From positions 32,001-96,000 of the forward strand of contig JBBQUR010000012.1 in the NCBI GenBank assembly GCA_038212275.1: 64,000 bases of DNA. Reading direction: 5' to 3'. A program made the position numbers and the translations under genes. A model generated the notes under the pieces. The model ran no database searches, was not told the DNA's origin, and saw only the letters and a list, made by a program, of their open reading frames with translations. Below, piece after piece: positions 49,550-58,722 of this stretch (position 1 is the stretch's first letter; every line of letters begins with the position of its first letter). This DNA is from Planctomycetota bacterium. Its GTDB lineage: Bacteria; Planctomycetota; B15-G4.

Positions 49550-50260
49550 TCAGAGGTGCGTGGACCTCACGGCGACGACGGGCGACGCCCCGGCCGGATC
49601 CTCCACGTAGGCATCGCCCCAGGCGTCGGCGTCGTACGCGCCGGTGCCCGCAGGCAGGTAGCCGTTGCCGACGAGTTGCGAGAGCAGCGACGCGTAGTTG
49701 GCGGGCAGCGGCGACGCGGGCATGTTCACCGCGTTCCAGGCGGCGATCGCCGTGTTGATCGTGCGCAGCTCGGTGAGCGTCGCGGCGCGCCGGATCGGCG
49801 TCACGTCCACCGATTGCAGCAGGTCGTCCCCCGTGCCCTGCACGCCGTCGGGGCCGAGGCTGCGCATCGTCAGCGCGGAGCCGCCGGAGGTCGTGACGAC
49901 GTAGGCGCGGTTCCAGGCATCGAGCGCGAGGCTCGCCGTCGTCGATGGCTGCGAGGCCAGCAGCGCCTTGAGGTAGGGGCCGGCCCAGCCGGCCGCCGCT
50001 GCGGTGTTCTGCTCGAGATCGTTGAAAGTGGGCGGGAAGCTCCCCGTGTCCTCGAAGTAGTTGGCGATGGCCGGCGCCAGCAGTGCGAGCTCGCCGCGCG
50101 TGTCCGCGATCTTGCCGCGCGTGAGCGACTTGCCGACCACCGGCAGCGTGGTGCCGGCGATGACCGCGAGGATCGCGACGACGACGATGAGCTCGATGAG
50201 CGAGAAGCCCGCGTCGTGCGGGCGCCGGGCCACGTGAAGAGTTGCTCCGTGCCTGCTCAT
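49550..50260 (-). CDS. GspG-like pseudopilin with a second partial GspG-like module
   Basis: DAG|FSLIELIVVVAILAVIAG; WAGPYL, LDAWNRAY, SLGPDGVQGTGDD, second DAWGDAY; ATGA overlap. Confidence 0.88.
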   Translation of the reverse strand: MSRHGATLHVARRPHDAGFSLIELIVVVAILAVIAGTTLPVVGKSLTRGKIADTRGELALLAPAIANYFEDTGSFPPTFNDLEQNTAAAAGWAGPYLKALLASQPSTTASLALDAWNRAYVVTTSGGSALTMRSLGPDGVQGTGDDLLQSVDVTPIRRAATLTELRTINTAIAAWNAVNMPASPLPANYASLLSQLVGNGYLPAGTGAYDADAWGDAYVEDPAGASPVVAVRSTHL

Positions 50261-51459
50261 CCGATCGAGTCGTACAGCGAGAAGATGGGCAGGATCGTCG
50301 CCAGCACGATGAAGGCCACCGTGCCGCCCGCGCCGATCACGATGGCCGGCTCCAGGATCTGCAGCGCGCGCTTGACGCCGCGCGGGATCTCTCCCGCGTA
50401 GTACTCCGCGGCCTGCGACAAGGTCTCGTCGAGGTGCCCCGTCTTCTCGCCGAGCTGCAGCATGCGCAGCAGCAGCGGGTGCATGCCCTTCACGGGAGCG
50501 AGCGCCTCGGTCAGCGTCTGGCCTTCGCGCACACGCTCGGCGGTGGCCAGCAGTTCGAGGCGCAGCGCGGGGGCGCCGGTCGATTCGGCCGCCATCTGCA
50601 GCGAGCGCACGGCGTCGACGCCGGACGAGAGCAGGCCCGCCATCGTGGAGGCGAAGCGAGCCTCCGCGGTCATGCGCATGAGCGGCCCGATCACGGGAGC
50701 CTTCATGATGAGGGCGTTCATCCGCAGGCGACCACGGGTTGAGAGCGCCGCCAGCCGGAGCGCCAGAAGGCCGCCGCCGACGAGGCTGCACAGCACCACG
50801 GCGTTTCCGCGCAGAAAGTCCGAAACGGCCAGCACGATGCGCGTGGGCAGAGGAAGCACCACGTTGCCGCCCGACAGCGACTCCATGAGCCGCGGCAGCA
50901 GGAAGGTCAGCAGCAGGATGACCAGGCCCGTGAGCGCGACGATCAGGATCGCCGGCGGAATGAGCGCTGCCTTCACCTGCCCGCGGACGAGGCTCTGGAA
51001 TTCCATCTGGTCCGCGGCGCGGCGCATGGACGAGTCCAGCGTGCCACTGCTCTCGCCGGCGCGGATCATGCTGACGAAGGTCGCATCGAAGGCCTGCGGA
51101 TAACGGGCGAAGGAGTCTGCCAGCGGCGCGCCACCGCGGACCTCGGCGCCCACGCGCGCCAGGGTCTTGCGCATCGCGGGGCTGCGCGCGTTCGTCGCGA
51201 AGTCGTCGATGCAGTCCACGAGCGGCAGCCCCGCCTGCGTGGTGAGCGCGACGTAGCGGGCAAACTCGATCAGGTCGCGGGCGGGCACGTGCCCCGCCGA
51301 CTTGCCCTTCGCGCCGGCCTCGCGGAACGGCTTGAGGCGCACCAGCGTCAGGCCGCGCTGCTCGATGAGCTGTTGCAGCGCCTGCTCGTTGTCCGCGTGG
51401 AGCTGGCCCCGGCACAGGACGCCGGCGTCGCTGACCGCCTCGTATCCGTAGGTCTTCAA
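50257..51459 (-). CDS. GspF/PilC platform membrane protein
   Basis: TTG start in TTGA overlap; SMIRAGESSGTL, LGEKTGHLDE, ILEPAIV. Confidence 0.92.
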   Translation of the reverse strand: MKTYGYEAVSDAGVLCRGQLHADNEQALQQLIEQRGLTLVRLKPFREAGAKGKSAGHVPARDLIEFARYVALTTQAGLPLVDCIDDFATNARSPAMRKTLARVGAEVRGGAPLADSFARYPQAFDATFVSMIRAGESSGTLDSSMRRAADQMEFQSLVRGQVKAALIPPAILIVALTGLVILLLTFLLPRLMESLSGGNVVLPLPTRIVLAVSDFLRGNAVVLCSLVGGGLLALRLAALSTRGRLRMNALIMKAPVIGPLMRMTAEARFASTMAGLLSSGVDAVRSLQMAAESTGAPALRLELLATAERVREGQTLTEALAPVKGMHPLLLRMLQLGEKTGHLDETLSQAAEYYAGEIPRGVKRALQILEPAIVIGAGGTVAFIVLATILPIFSLYDSIG

Positions 51460-53303
51460 AGGATCTCCGGCACGCAGGCGCTGCCCACGGCGGATGGGCA
51501 CACGCGCAGCACTTCGGGCACGGTGGTCAGGCCCGCGAGCACCTTGGCGCGGCCGTCGTCGGCCAGGCTGCGCGCGCCCTGCTGGCGGCCGTATGCCGCC
51601 AGCTCGTGCTCGCCGCCGCCCTTCGCCAGGATGTCCTGGCAGGCGAGGTCCACGAGGAAGATCTCGTAGAGCGCGAGCCGCCCGGAATAGCCCGTGCCAC
51701 GGCACGCCCGGCAGCCCTTGCCTTCGCGGACCATGCGCGAGGCGGCGCCGGCCCCGAGAAAGGTGGCCTCGATCGGCGTGGGGGCGCGCTCGACACCGCA
51801 GCTGCCGCACACGCGGCGCACGAGGCGTTGCGCCATCGCCCCGGTGAGGCTGCTGCCCAGCAGGTAGCGGTCCACGCCCAGGTCGAGCAGGCGCGTGATG
51901 ACGCCGACCGCGGAATTCGTGTGGATGCTCGAGAGCACGAGGTGACCCGTGAGCGACGCTTTCAGCGCCGTGTCGGCCGTCTCCTGGTCGCGGATCTCGC
52001 CCACGAGGATGACGTCCGGATCCTGGCGCAGCGCGGAGCGCAGGCCGTCCTTGAAGTGGTAGTCGATCGCCGGATCCACCTGCGACTGGCGGATGAGCGG
52101 CAGCTGATACTCGACCGGGTCCTCGATCGTGATGATCTTGCGGGTCAGGCTGTCCACGGCGAGCAGCAGCGCGTAGAGCGTGGAGGTCTTGCCGCTGCCC
52201 GTCGGGCCCGACACGAGCAACATGCCGTTGGACTGCCCGATGATGCGCTGCAGCGTCTCGCGATCGTCGCCCGCGATGCCGAGGTCGTCCAGGTTCAACG
52301 AGATGGTGGAGCGATCGAGCACGCGCAGCACGGCGTTTTCGCCGTGGCACGTGGGCATGATCGAGACGCGCAGGTCCACGCGCCCGTTCGCGCGCTGGAT
52401 GCCGATGCGGCCGTCCTGCGGGAGGCGCCTCTCGGTGATGTCGAGGTCCGAGAGGATCTTGATGCGGGCCATGACGCCGGCGCCCGCCTCGCGCGACAGG
52501 CTCTCGCCCTGCTCGAGCAGGCCGTCGATGCGGTAGCGCACGCGCGTCAGCCCTTCCTCGGGCTCCACGTGGATGTCGGTGGCCGCGTGCCGCAGGCCTT
52601 CCTCGATGATCGCGTCGGTGAGCGCGACGACGTCATCCTGGATACCCTGCTCCTCGACGTCGTTGGCGCCCTCGGTTCCCGCGCCGTCCGGGGCGCGCGC
52701 GTCCAGGTGCCGGCGGATGGCCGAGGCGATGTCGCGCGGTGCGGCCGCCACGACCTGGATATGACGCCAGAAGCGGCGCTTGATCGCATCGATGGCCAGG
52801 ATGTCCACCGGCCGCTCGAGCGCGACGACGACGGTGTCGCCCTCGCGGCGCATCGGGAAGACGCCGTGCTGCCGCGCGAAGTCCGCCGGCATCTCCGCGA
52901 GCAGTGCCGGGTCGGGCGTGAGCGCCGCCAGCCGCACGAAGGGGATGCCGAGGTCGTCGGCGCGGATCTCGGCCAGCGTCTCCGCGCGCATGAAACCCAT
53001 GCTCACGAGGACCGCGCCGAGCTGCTCGCCGCTGCGCTGCTGCTCCTGCAGCGCGGTGCGGAGCTGCGCCGGGCTGATGAGTCCGTCGCGCATCAGGCGT
53101 TCGCCGAGGAGCAGTCGTTCGGTGTGCTCTCCCGCGGTCACGGCACTCGCCAGCGGTGCAGGTGACACGATGCCCGGTGCCGGTACGCCCGTGTGCGGTA
53201 CGCCCGTGTGCGGTACGCCCGTTTGCGGCTTGCCGGGTTGCGGTGCGCTGCGTTGCGGTGCGCCTGGCGGAGAGGCGCCGGACTTCGGGACGTCGATGGG
53301 CAT
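51456..53303 (-). CDS. GspE/PilB assembly ATPase
   Basis: N-terminal LLGERL..GLIS; ERRLPQDGR, SGPTGSGKT, TIEDPVE, LRQDPDVILVGEIRD, TGHLVLSSIHTN, tetracysteine motif. Confidence 0.95.
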   Translation of the reverse strand: MPIDVPKSGASPPGAPQRSAPQPGKPQTGVPHTGVPHTGVPAPGIVSPAPLASAVTAGEHTERLLLGERLMRDGLISPAQLRTALQEQQRSGEQLGAVLVSMGFMRAETLAEIRADDLGIPFVRLAALTPDPALLAEMPADFARQHGVFPMRREGDTVVVALERPVDILAIDAIKRRFWRHIQVVAAAPRDIASAIRRHLDARAPDGAGTEGANDVEEQGIQDDVVALTDAIIEEGLRHAATDIHVEPEEGLTRVRYRIDGLLEQGESLSREAGAGVMARIKILSDLDITERRLPQDGRIGIQRANGRVDLRVSIMPTCHGENAVLRVLDRSTISLNLDDLGIAGDDRETLQRIIGQSNGMLLVSGPTGSGKTSTLYALLLAVDSLTRKIITIEDPVEYQLPLIRQSQVDPAIDYHFKDGLRSALRQDPDVILVGEIRDQETADTALKASLTGHLVLSSIHTNSAVGVITRLLDLGVDRYLLGSSLTGAMAQRLVRRVCGSCGVERAPTPIEATFLGAGAASRMVREGKGCRACRGTGYSGRLALYEIFLVDLACQDILAKGGGEHELAAYGRQQGARSLADDGRAKVLAGLTTVPEVLRVCPSAVGSACVPEIL

Positions 53304-53499
53304 GCAGCCTCTCGGGGTGTGCGGTCGCCGGATGCACGCACCGTGCAGGTCAGGGCGCGTCGTGTTCCGTCTTCGTCGGCGCGTGTCGTGCAGCTTGAGG
53401 CGGCTTGACGCTCAAGCGCCGATCCCCGCGCGGTCGAAGCTTCCCCATGAGCGCCGCTCTCTTCTGCGCCGCGCTCGCGAGACCTCGGATGACTCCGCC

Positions 53500-54975
53500 A
53501 TGAATCAGCATCGTTTCCGGATCCGGCTCGCCCGGGCTTTGCTGGGCACGCTTGCCCTGGGCTTGCCCGCGCTGCTGTCCGCCTGCGAGGCCGCGTCGAA
53601 GGGCACGTTGCCGCCCGAGACCACCGTGACGCTTCACGACGAGGCCGTGGCGCGCTGGCAGGACGCGGCGCCGTCGCCTGGTCCCATCGTGCCGCGCAAG
53701 CCGGATGTTGCGTACGCGGCGGATGCCGGCCCGGGCGCGGTGGTCGCCATCGCGCCGATTCCGGTGCTCTTCGCAGACCCGACGCCGCGCTCGCTCCAGC
53801 TGCGCGATGCGGAGCTCGGCCAGGCGCTCCGGCTCATCGCCGGCACGGGCGGCCTGAACCTGGTGCTCGACGGCGACTTCAGTCAGCCCGTGGACCTGGA
53901 CCTGCCCGAGCTGCCGCTGCAGGCCGCGTTCGAGCTGCTCGTGCGGACCTATGGCTGCACCGTCTCCCAGGCCGACGGCGTCGTGCTCGTGCAGCGCGAG
54001 GATCCGGCGCGCGTCGAGACGCGCGTCTACTCGATCCTTTCCATCTCGGCGGCCTCGCTGCAGCCGGAGCTGGTGCCGATCGTCGGCGCGAACGCCCTCG
54101 TGGTGAATCCCGCGCGCAACGTGATCCTGGTCACCGCGCCGCAGGCGAAGCTGCGCGAAGTCGAGGCCTACCTGGCCGCGGTGGATCGCCCCGACCAGCA
54201 GGTGCTCATCGAAGCGCGCATCCTCGAGGTGAACCGCAGGAAGCTCGAGGAACTCGGCACGCGCATCGCCTTCAACGACATCTCGGTGGGGGACGGCACG
54301 GCCACGCTGGTGTCCAGCCTGCTCACGCCCAACCAGCAGGTGCTGGGCACGATCGTCAATTCCGACGGCAGCTTCGATGCGGCGATCAATGCGCTGAACA
54401 GGCTCACGGGGCTCGAGGTGCTCTCGCGTCCGCGTCTGCTGGCGATGAACAACCGCGAGGCCAAGCTCGACATCGTCACGCAGATCCCCTACGTCAACGC
54501 CACGACGACGACCGCGGGCAGCCTGACGGGCACGGGCACGCAGACGATCCAGACGGTGGAGTTCGAGGATGTGGGTCTCAGGCTCGCGGTGACGCCGACG
54601 ATCATGGATGGCGGTCTCATCGGCCTGCTCATCGATCAGGACGTCAGCGAGATGGTCGGCTCCTTCCAGGGCGTGCCCATCATCGACAGCCGGCACATCA
54701 CGACGGGCTTCCTCGTGCGCCAGGGCGAGACCATCCTGATCGGCGGCCTGCTGAAGGACCGCCACACCGACACGACGAACGGTGTGCCATACCTCATGGA
54801 CCTGCCCCTCATCGGCCAGGCCTTCCGCAACGACAGCACCGAGACCGAGCAGACCGAACTCATTCTGCTCATGACGCCGTGGCTGGTGGACTCGCACACG
54901 GGGCAGGCGGTCGAGGTCGCGAGCGTCGCCGTCGCGCCGCCGGCAGCGGCCGCTCGCGATGCCGCTGCTCGCTGA
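53500..54975 (+). CDS. Secretin (GspD/PilQ family), lipoprotein
   Basis: LLSAC lipobox; QVLIEARILEV, SRPRLLAMNNREA, VGLRLAVTP, GETILIGGLL, GVPYLMDLPLIGQAF, TELILLMTP. Confidence 0.93.
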   Translation: MNQHRFRIRLARALLGTLALGLPALLSACEAASKGTLPPETTVTLHDEAVARWQDAAPSPGPIVPRKPDVAYAADAGPGAVVAIAPIPVLFADPTPRSLQLRDAELGQALRLIAGTGGLNLVLDGDFSQPVDLDLPELPLQAAFELLVRTYGCTVSQADGVVLVQREDPARVETRVYSILSISAASLQPELVPIVGANALVVNPARNVILVTAPQAKLREVEAYLAAVDRPDQQVLIEARILEVNRRKLEELGTRIAFNDISVGDGTATLVSSLLTPNQQVLGTIVNSDGSFDAAINALNRLTGLEVLSRPRLLAMNNREAKLDIVTQIPYVNATTTTAGSLTGTGTQTIQTVEFEDVGLRLAVTPTIMDGGLIGLLIDQDVSEMVGSFQGVPIIDSRHITTGFLVRQGETILIGGLLKDRHTDTTNGVPYLMDLPLIGQAFRNDSTETEQTELILLMTPWLVDSHTGQAVEVASVAVAPPAAAARDAAAR

Positions 54976-57136
54976 ACGGCCGGCCGTCCGCACGCGGCTT
55001 GCCCGCGTCGTGTTTCCCGAGGCCTGGGCGCCGCGCCTGACGCTGCTGGTGGCCACGCTGCTGGTCGCGGTGTTCTGGGTGGTGCCCGGCCTGCTCCTGC
55101 CGATGGAACTGGTGCAGGATGCCTCCGGGCATCTGGCAGCCGCGCAGACGCTCCGCGATGACTTCCTGCCGGCGATCTCCGGCTGGAACGCGCACTTCTT
55201 CGCGGGCTTTCCGCAGGACCGCGCCTATCCGCCCCTCGCGCACCTCGTCATCGCGCTGCTCGGCCTGGTGCTGCCGCTGGGCCTCGCGCTGCGGGTCGTG
55301 CTGGCGGCGGCGGTGCTCGCCACGCCGGCCGCGGCCGCCGCCTTCGCGCGCAGTCGCGGCGTGGGCGCGGCGCGTGCCGCGCTCTACGCCCTCGTCGTGA
55401 CGGCGCTGCTGTGCGTGACGCCCGACGGGGACGCGATGCTGCTCGCCGGCAGCTTTCCGTCGCTCTACAACACCGGACTGACGGCCAACGCCGTGGCGCT
55501 GCCGCTCATGCTGCTGGCCGCCGCCGCTCTGCCCCGCGCGCTGACGAGCCGGCGCGGCACGCTGCGCGCGGCGCTGCTCGTCTCGGCGGCGGCGCTCACG
55601 CACCTCGTCTGCGGGCTGGCGCTCGTGTTGCTCTGCGTCTGCGAGACGGCCGTGCTCGTGAGTCGAGGCGGCCGGTCAGCGCGTCGCGTCCTGTGGGCGG
55701 CGAGTCGGCTCGCGCTGGCCTGCGCGGCGCTGGCAGCGGGCTGGCTGGCCGGCTTCGTGAGCGAGTCGGGCCACGGGGGTGTCGCCTTCATCCCGTCGCT
55801 CACCCCGTGGTGGGTCGTGCTGCCCGTGGCGCTCGCCGCCGCGCTGCATCTCCGACGGCGCCTGGCGGGAGGCGCGCGGTCGTCTCGGTCGTCGCGATCG
55901 TCCCGGTCGTCCCGGCGACTGGACGGCACGCTGCTTTTCAGCATCGCGCTGCTTGGACTGCTCTTCGTCGGCGACGCCCTGCAGCTGCCGATGCACCTGT
56001 ACCGGCTGCACCTCTTCGTGCTGCTCGGTGCGGGATTGTGCAGCGTGGCCGCGCTGCGCGGGCGCCGCGTGCTCGTCGGCGTCGGCGTCGCGGTGGCTGC
56101 GCTGGGCATCGCGTGCTGCGTGAACGGTCCCCGGCCCGTCGACATGTCCTCGCGCGACGCGCTGGTGGTGCCCGCGGGCACGCCGCCGAACCGCGTGCTG
56201 GTGGCCGCGTCGCCGTTGCACGAGCCGACGGGACACTATCTGGAGCACGAGTATCCGCGTCGCGCCGGCACCGCCGGCCTGCTTGGCCTCTTCGTCGAAT
56301 CCACGCCGCTGGCGCGCTGGGTCGGAGACCTGACCGCGGCCATCGAACCCGACAGCAGCATCTGGGGCACGAGCTGGGATGTCGGCGCGGTGGCGGGCCT
56401 CTCGCAGGGGCTCATGCCTGAAGCGGTCGGGCGTGACGCGGAGGCCGCCGCGCGCGCCGTCGCCCAGGCGCGACGCTGGTTGCACGAGTTCGGCGTGGAC
56501 GCCGTGCTCACCGATCGACGGCTGCCGACGGCGCTGGTCGAGGCGGACGGCCCGGTGATCCTCCGCTTCCCGGCGCAGGGAGACACCGACGCGCGCTACG
56601 TGATCGAGGACGACGCCTACGTGTTCCGGTTGCTTGCCGTGGCCGAACCCGCGGAACTGGCGCAGCCGCTGACGTGCGCCCTGCGCGAGGTGCCGTGGAC
56701 CGGCCGCGCCGCGTGGGATTTCGCCGTGCGGGACTGGCTGCTGGCCGACGGCGATCCGGTGCGACCTGTCGCGGCGCGTGCGGGGCTCGATCTGTCGCCG
56801 GCGCCGCCTGAGGCGCGCGTCTCGAACTGCCGGCAGGCCGCGGGAGGTCGCGAGGTGCAGCTGCAGGTCGAGGCGCCCGCGGACGTGCCGATCCTGGTGC
56901 GCGTGGCCTGGCATCCCGGCTGGCGCGCCACCGCGGATGGTCGCGAGGTGCCCGTGGATCGCGTGGCGCCCGGCTTCTGCCTCGTGCGGGGTCGCGGGGC
57001 GATCCACCTGCACTGGGGACCGAGCGTGGCTGAAGTGGCGGCGAACGGGGTCAGCGGGGCGGCCCTGGCGCTGGCCTGTCTGTGGGCCGCCGCAAATCGG
57101 CTCAAGCGCGGTCGCCGGTTGAGTCGACAGCACTGA
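54959..57136 (+). CDS. Polytopic membrane protein, GT-C-type (PTPS-related/YfhO-like) putative glycosyltransferase
   Basis: Early loop D-x-x-x-H..GWNAHFFAGFP..YPPL, many TM helices, C-terminal AWHPGWRATADG. Confidence 0.65.
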   Translation: MPLLAERPAVRTRLARVVFPEAWAPRLTLLVATLLVAVFWVVPGLLLPMELVQDASGHLAAAQTLRDDFLPAISGWNAHFFAGFPQDRAYPPLAHLVIALLGLVLPLGLALRVVLAAAVLATPAAAAAFARSRGVGAARAALYALVVTALLCVTPDGDAMLLAGSFPSLYNTGLTANAVALPLMLLAAAALPRALTSRRGTLRAALLVSAAALTHLVCGLALVLLCVCETAVLVSRGGRSARRVLWAASRLALACAALAAGWLAGFVSESGHGGVAFIPSLTPWWVVLPVALAAALHLRRRLAGGARSSRSSRSSRSSRRLDGTLLFSIALLGLLFVGDALQLPMHLYRLHLFVLLGAGLCSVAALRGRRVLVGVGVAVAALGIACCVNGPRPVDMSSRDALVVPAGTPPNRVLVAASPLHEPTGHYLEHEYPRRAGTAGLLGLFVESTPLARWVGDLTAAIEPDSSIWGTSWDVGAVAGLSQGLMPEAVGRDAEAAARAVAQARRWLHEFGVDAVLTDRRLPTALVEADGPVILRFPAQGDTDARYVIEDDAYVFRLLAVAEPAELAQPLTCALREVPWTGRAAWDFAVRDWLLADGDPVRPVAARAGLDLSPAPPEARVSNCRQAAGGREVQLQVEAPADVPILVRVAWHPGWRATADGREVPVDRVAPGFCLVRGRGAIHLHWGPSVAEVAANGVSGAALALACLWAAANRLKRGRRLSRQH

Positions 57137-57196
57137 TGACCACGACACCATGCGAGGTGCCGTCCCATGTGCTGTCCCTGATGAAGGAGAGTTGAA

Positions 57197-57766
57197 GTGA
57201 CCAATCCAAACCGACGTGCGGTGGGCTTCACGCTCATCGAGCTCATCGTGACGATCGCGATCCTGACCATCCTGGCGGGCGTGCTCATCCCCGCGGTGGG
57301 CAACTACACAGACAAGAGCAAGAAGGCCAAGGCGACGTCCGAGCTGCGCATCCTGTCGGACGCGCTCAGCGGCTACCAGACCGACTGCTCCGCGTGGCCC
57401 GGCAACACGGACATCACCACCGTGACGACCACGAACTTCGCGATGACCGGCATGCCCTGCATGTTCACCAACACCTTCGGCAAGACCGGATGGGACGGCC
57501 CGTATCTCTCCAAGGGCGTGATGGCCAGCGGCGCGATGAGCGTGGCTGTCGCCAGTGCGTCGGGTTCGGCGGGCGGCGGCCTGCTCGATCCGTGGGGCAA
57601 CCCCTACTACTGCTACACCTTCGCCAACGGCTACAGCGGCACGACGGGCGCCGTCGTGCTCCTGAGCCGCGGCAAGAACGGCGTGGCGAACACCACGGCG
57701 GCCAACATCTTCGCCAACCTGCCGACGTCCGACGACGTGCTCCAGGTCGTGACGTACAAGCCGTAA
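57197..57766 (+). CDS. GspG-like major pseudopilin/pilin
   Basis: Strong AAGGAG RBS; RRAVG|FTLIELIVTIAILTILAG; WDGPYL, LLDPWGNPY, LSRGKNG. Confidence 0.92.
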   Translation: MTNPNRRAVGFTLIELIVTIAILTILAGVLIPAVGNYTDKSKKAKATSELRILSDALSGYQTDCSAWPGNTDITTVTTTNFAMTGMPCMFTNTFGKTGWDGPYLSKGVMASGAMSVAVASASGSAGGGLLDPWGNPYYCYTFANGYSGTTGAVVLLSRGKNGVANTTAANIFANLPTSDDVLQVVTYKP

Positions 57767-57772
57767 GCAGGC

Positions 57773-58630
57773 ATGTCCGGCGAGGCCACCGCCTCGGAGT
57801 CGGCGCCCGCGAGGGCGATCCGGGCATCCGCCGCACGCAGGCCCGCCGCCGGTTCTCCGGGGGCCGGAATCACGCTCAGTCTCGTGATTCCGGCTTACCG
57901 GGAAGCCTTGCGCCTTCCGTCGACGCTCGACCGCATCGCGCTTTTCCTGCCGTCGCTGGGACACGACTGCGAAGTCATCGTCGTGGACGACGGCAGCCCG
58001 GACGCCACGGCCGCCGTGGCCCGCAGCTTCAAGTCGCGCTTCACGACGCTGCGCGTGCTGCGCCACGAACGCAATCGCGGCAAGGGTGCGGCCGTGCGCA
58101 CCGGAGTGCTCGCGGCATCGGGCCGCTGCATCGCCTTCATCGATGCGGATCTCGCGGCGCCCGTCGACGCGCTGCCGCGACTGCTCGCAGCGCTCGGGCA
58201 GGGAGCCGATGTCGCCGTCGCGTCGCGCCGCACGCGCGGCGCGGACATCGCGCGCGCCCAGCCCGTGACTCGCCGCGTCGCGGGCTGGGCCTTCCGTCGG
58301 CTCGTCCGAGCCATCGTCCCCGTCGGCGTCTCGGACACGCAGTGCGGCCTCAAGGCCTTTCGCCGCGACGCCGCGCGGCTGCTCGCGCAGCGCTCCGGCG
58401 TCGACGGCTGGGCCTTCGATGTTGAGTGGCTCGCGCTCGCGCGCCTCGAGCAACTCCGCGTGGCCGAGATTCCCGTGCGCTGGTCGGACGACGCGCGCTC
58501 CGCGCTCGTGCTGCGCCGCGCCGCCCTGCAGATGTTCGGCGACCTGTGGCGCATCCGGGCGACGCTGCGCGCGCCGACGCCGGACCCGCTCGCCGAGCCG
58601 ATGGCGGCGTCCGTCGTTTCCGCCGGCTGA
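57773..58630 (+). CDS. GT2 polyprenol/dolichyl-phosphate hexose synthase (Alg5/DPG-synthase-like)
   Basis: SLVIPAYRE, VDDGSPD, NRGKGAAVR, FIDADL, DTQCGLKAF, WAFDVE. Confidence 0.9.
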   Translation: MSGEATASESAPARAIRASAARRPAAGSPGAGITLSLVIPAYREALRLPSTLDRIALFLPSLGHDCEVIVVDDGSPDATAAVARSFKSRFTTLRVLRHERNRGKGAAVRTGVLAASGRCIAFIDADLAAPVDALPRLLAALGQGADVAVASRRTRGADIARAQPVTRRVAGWAFRRLVRAIVPVGVSDTQCGLKAFRRDAARLLAQRSGVDGWAFDVEWLALARLEQLRVAEIPVRWSDDARSALVLRRAALQMFGDLWRIRATLRAPTPDPLAEPMAASVVSAG

Positions 58631-58715
58631 GCGGATTGCGCTGCCGTCGCGCAGCCGGCTGAGCGGATCGCGCCACCGTCGCGCCTCCGGCTGAGGGCCT
58701 CGCGCCGCCGGCGCG
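58623..58715. repeat. 3 x 32-bp imperfect direct repeat starting CCGGCTGAG
   Basis: Units start at 58623, 58655 and 58687 between convergent genes. Confidence 0.8.
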
Positions 58716-58722
58716 TCGTCGC

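Noticed and set aside
58623..58715. Possible CRISPR array (32-bp period)
   Set aside because: No unique spacers, degenerate units, no cas genes in the window
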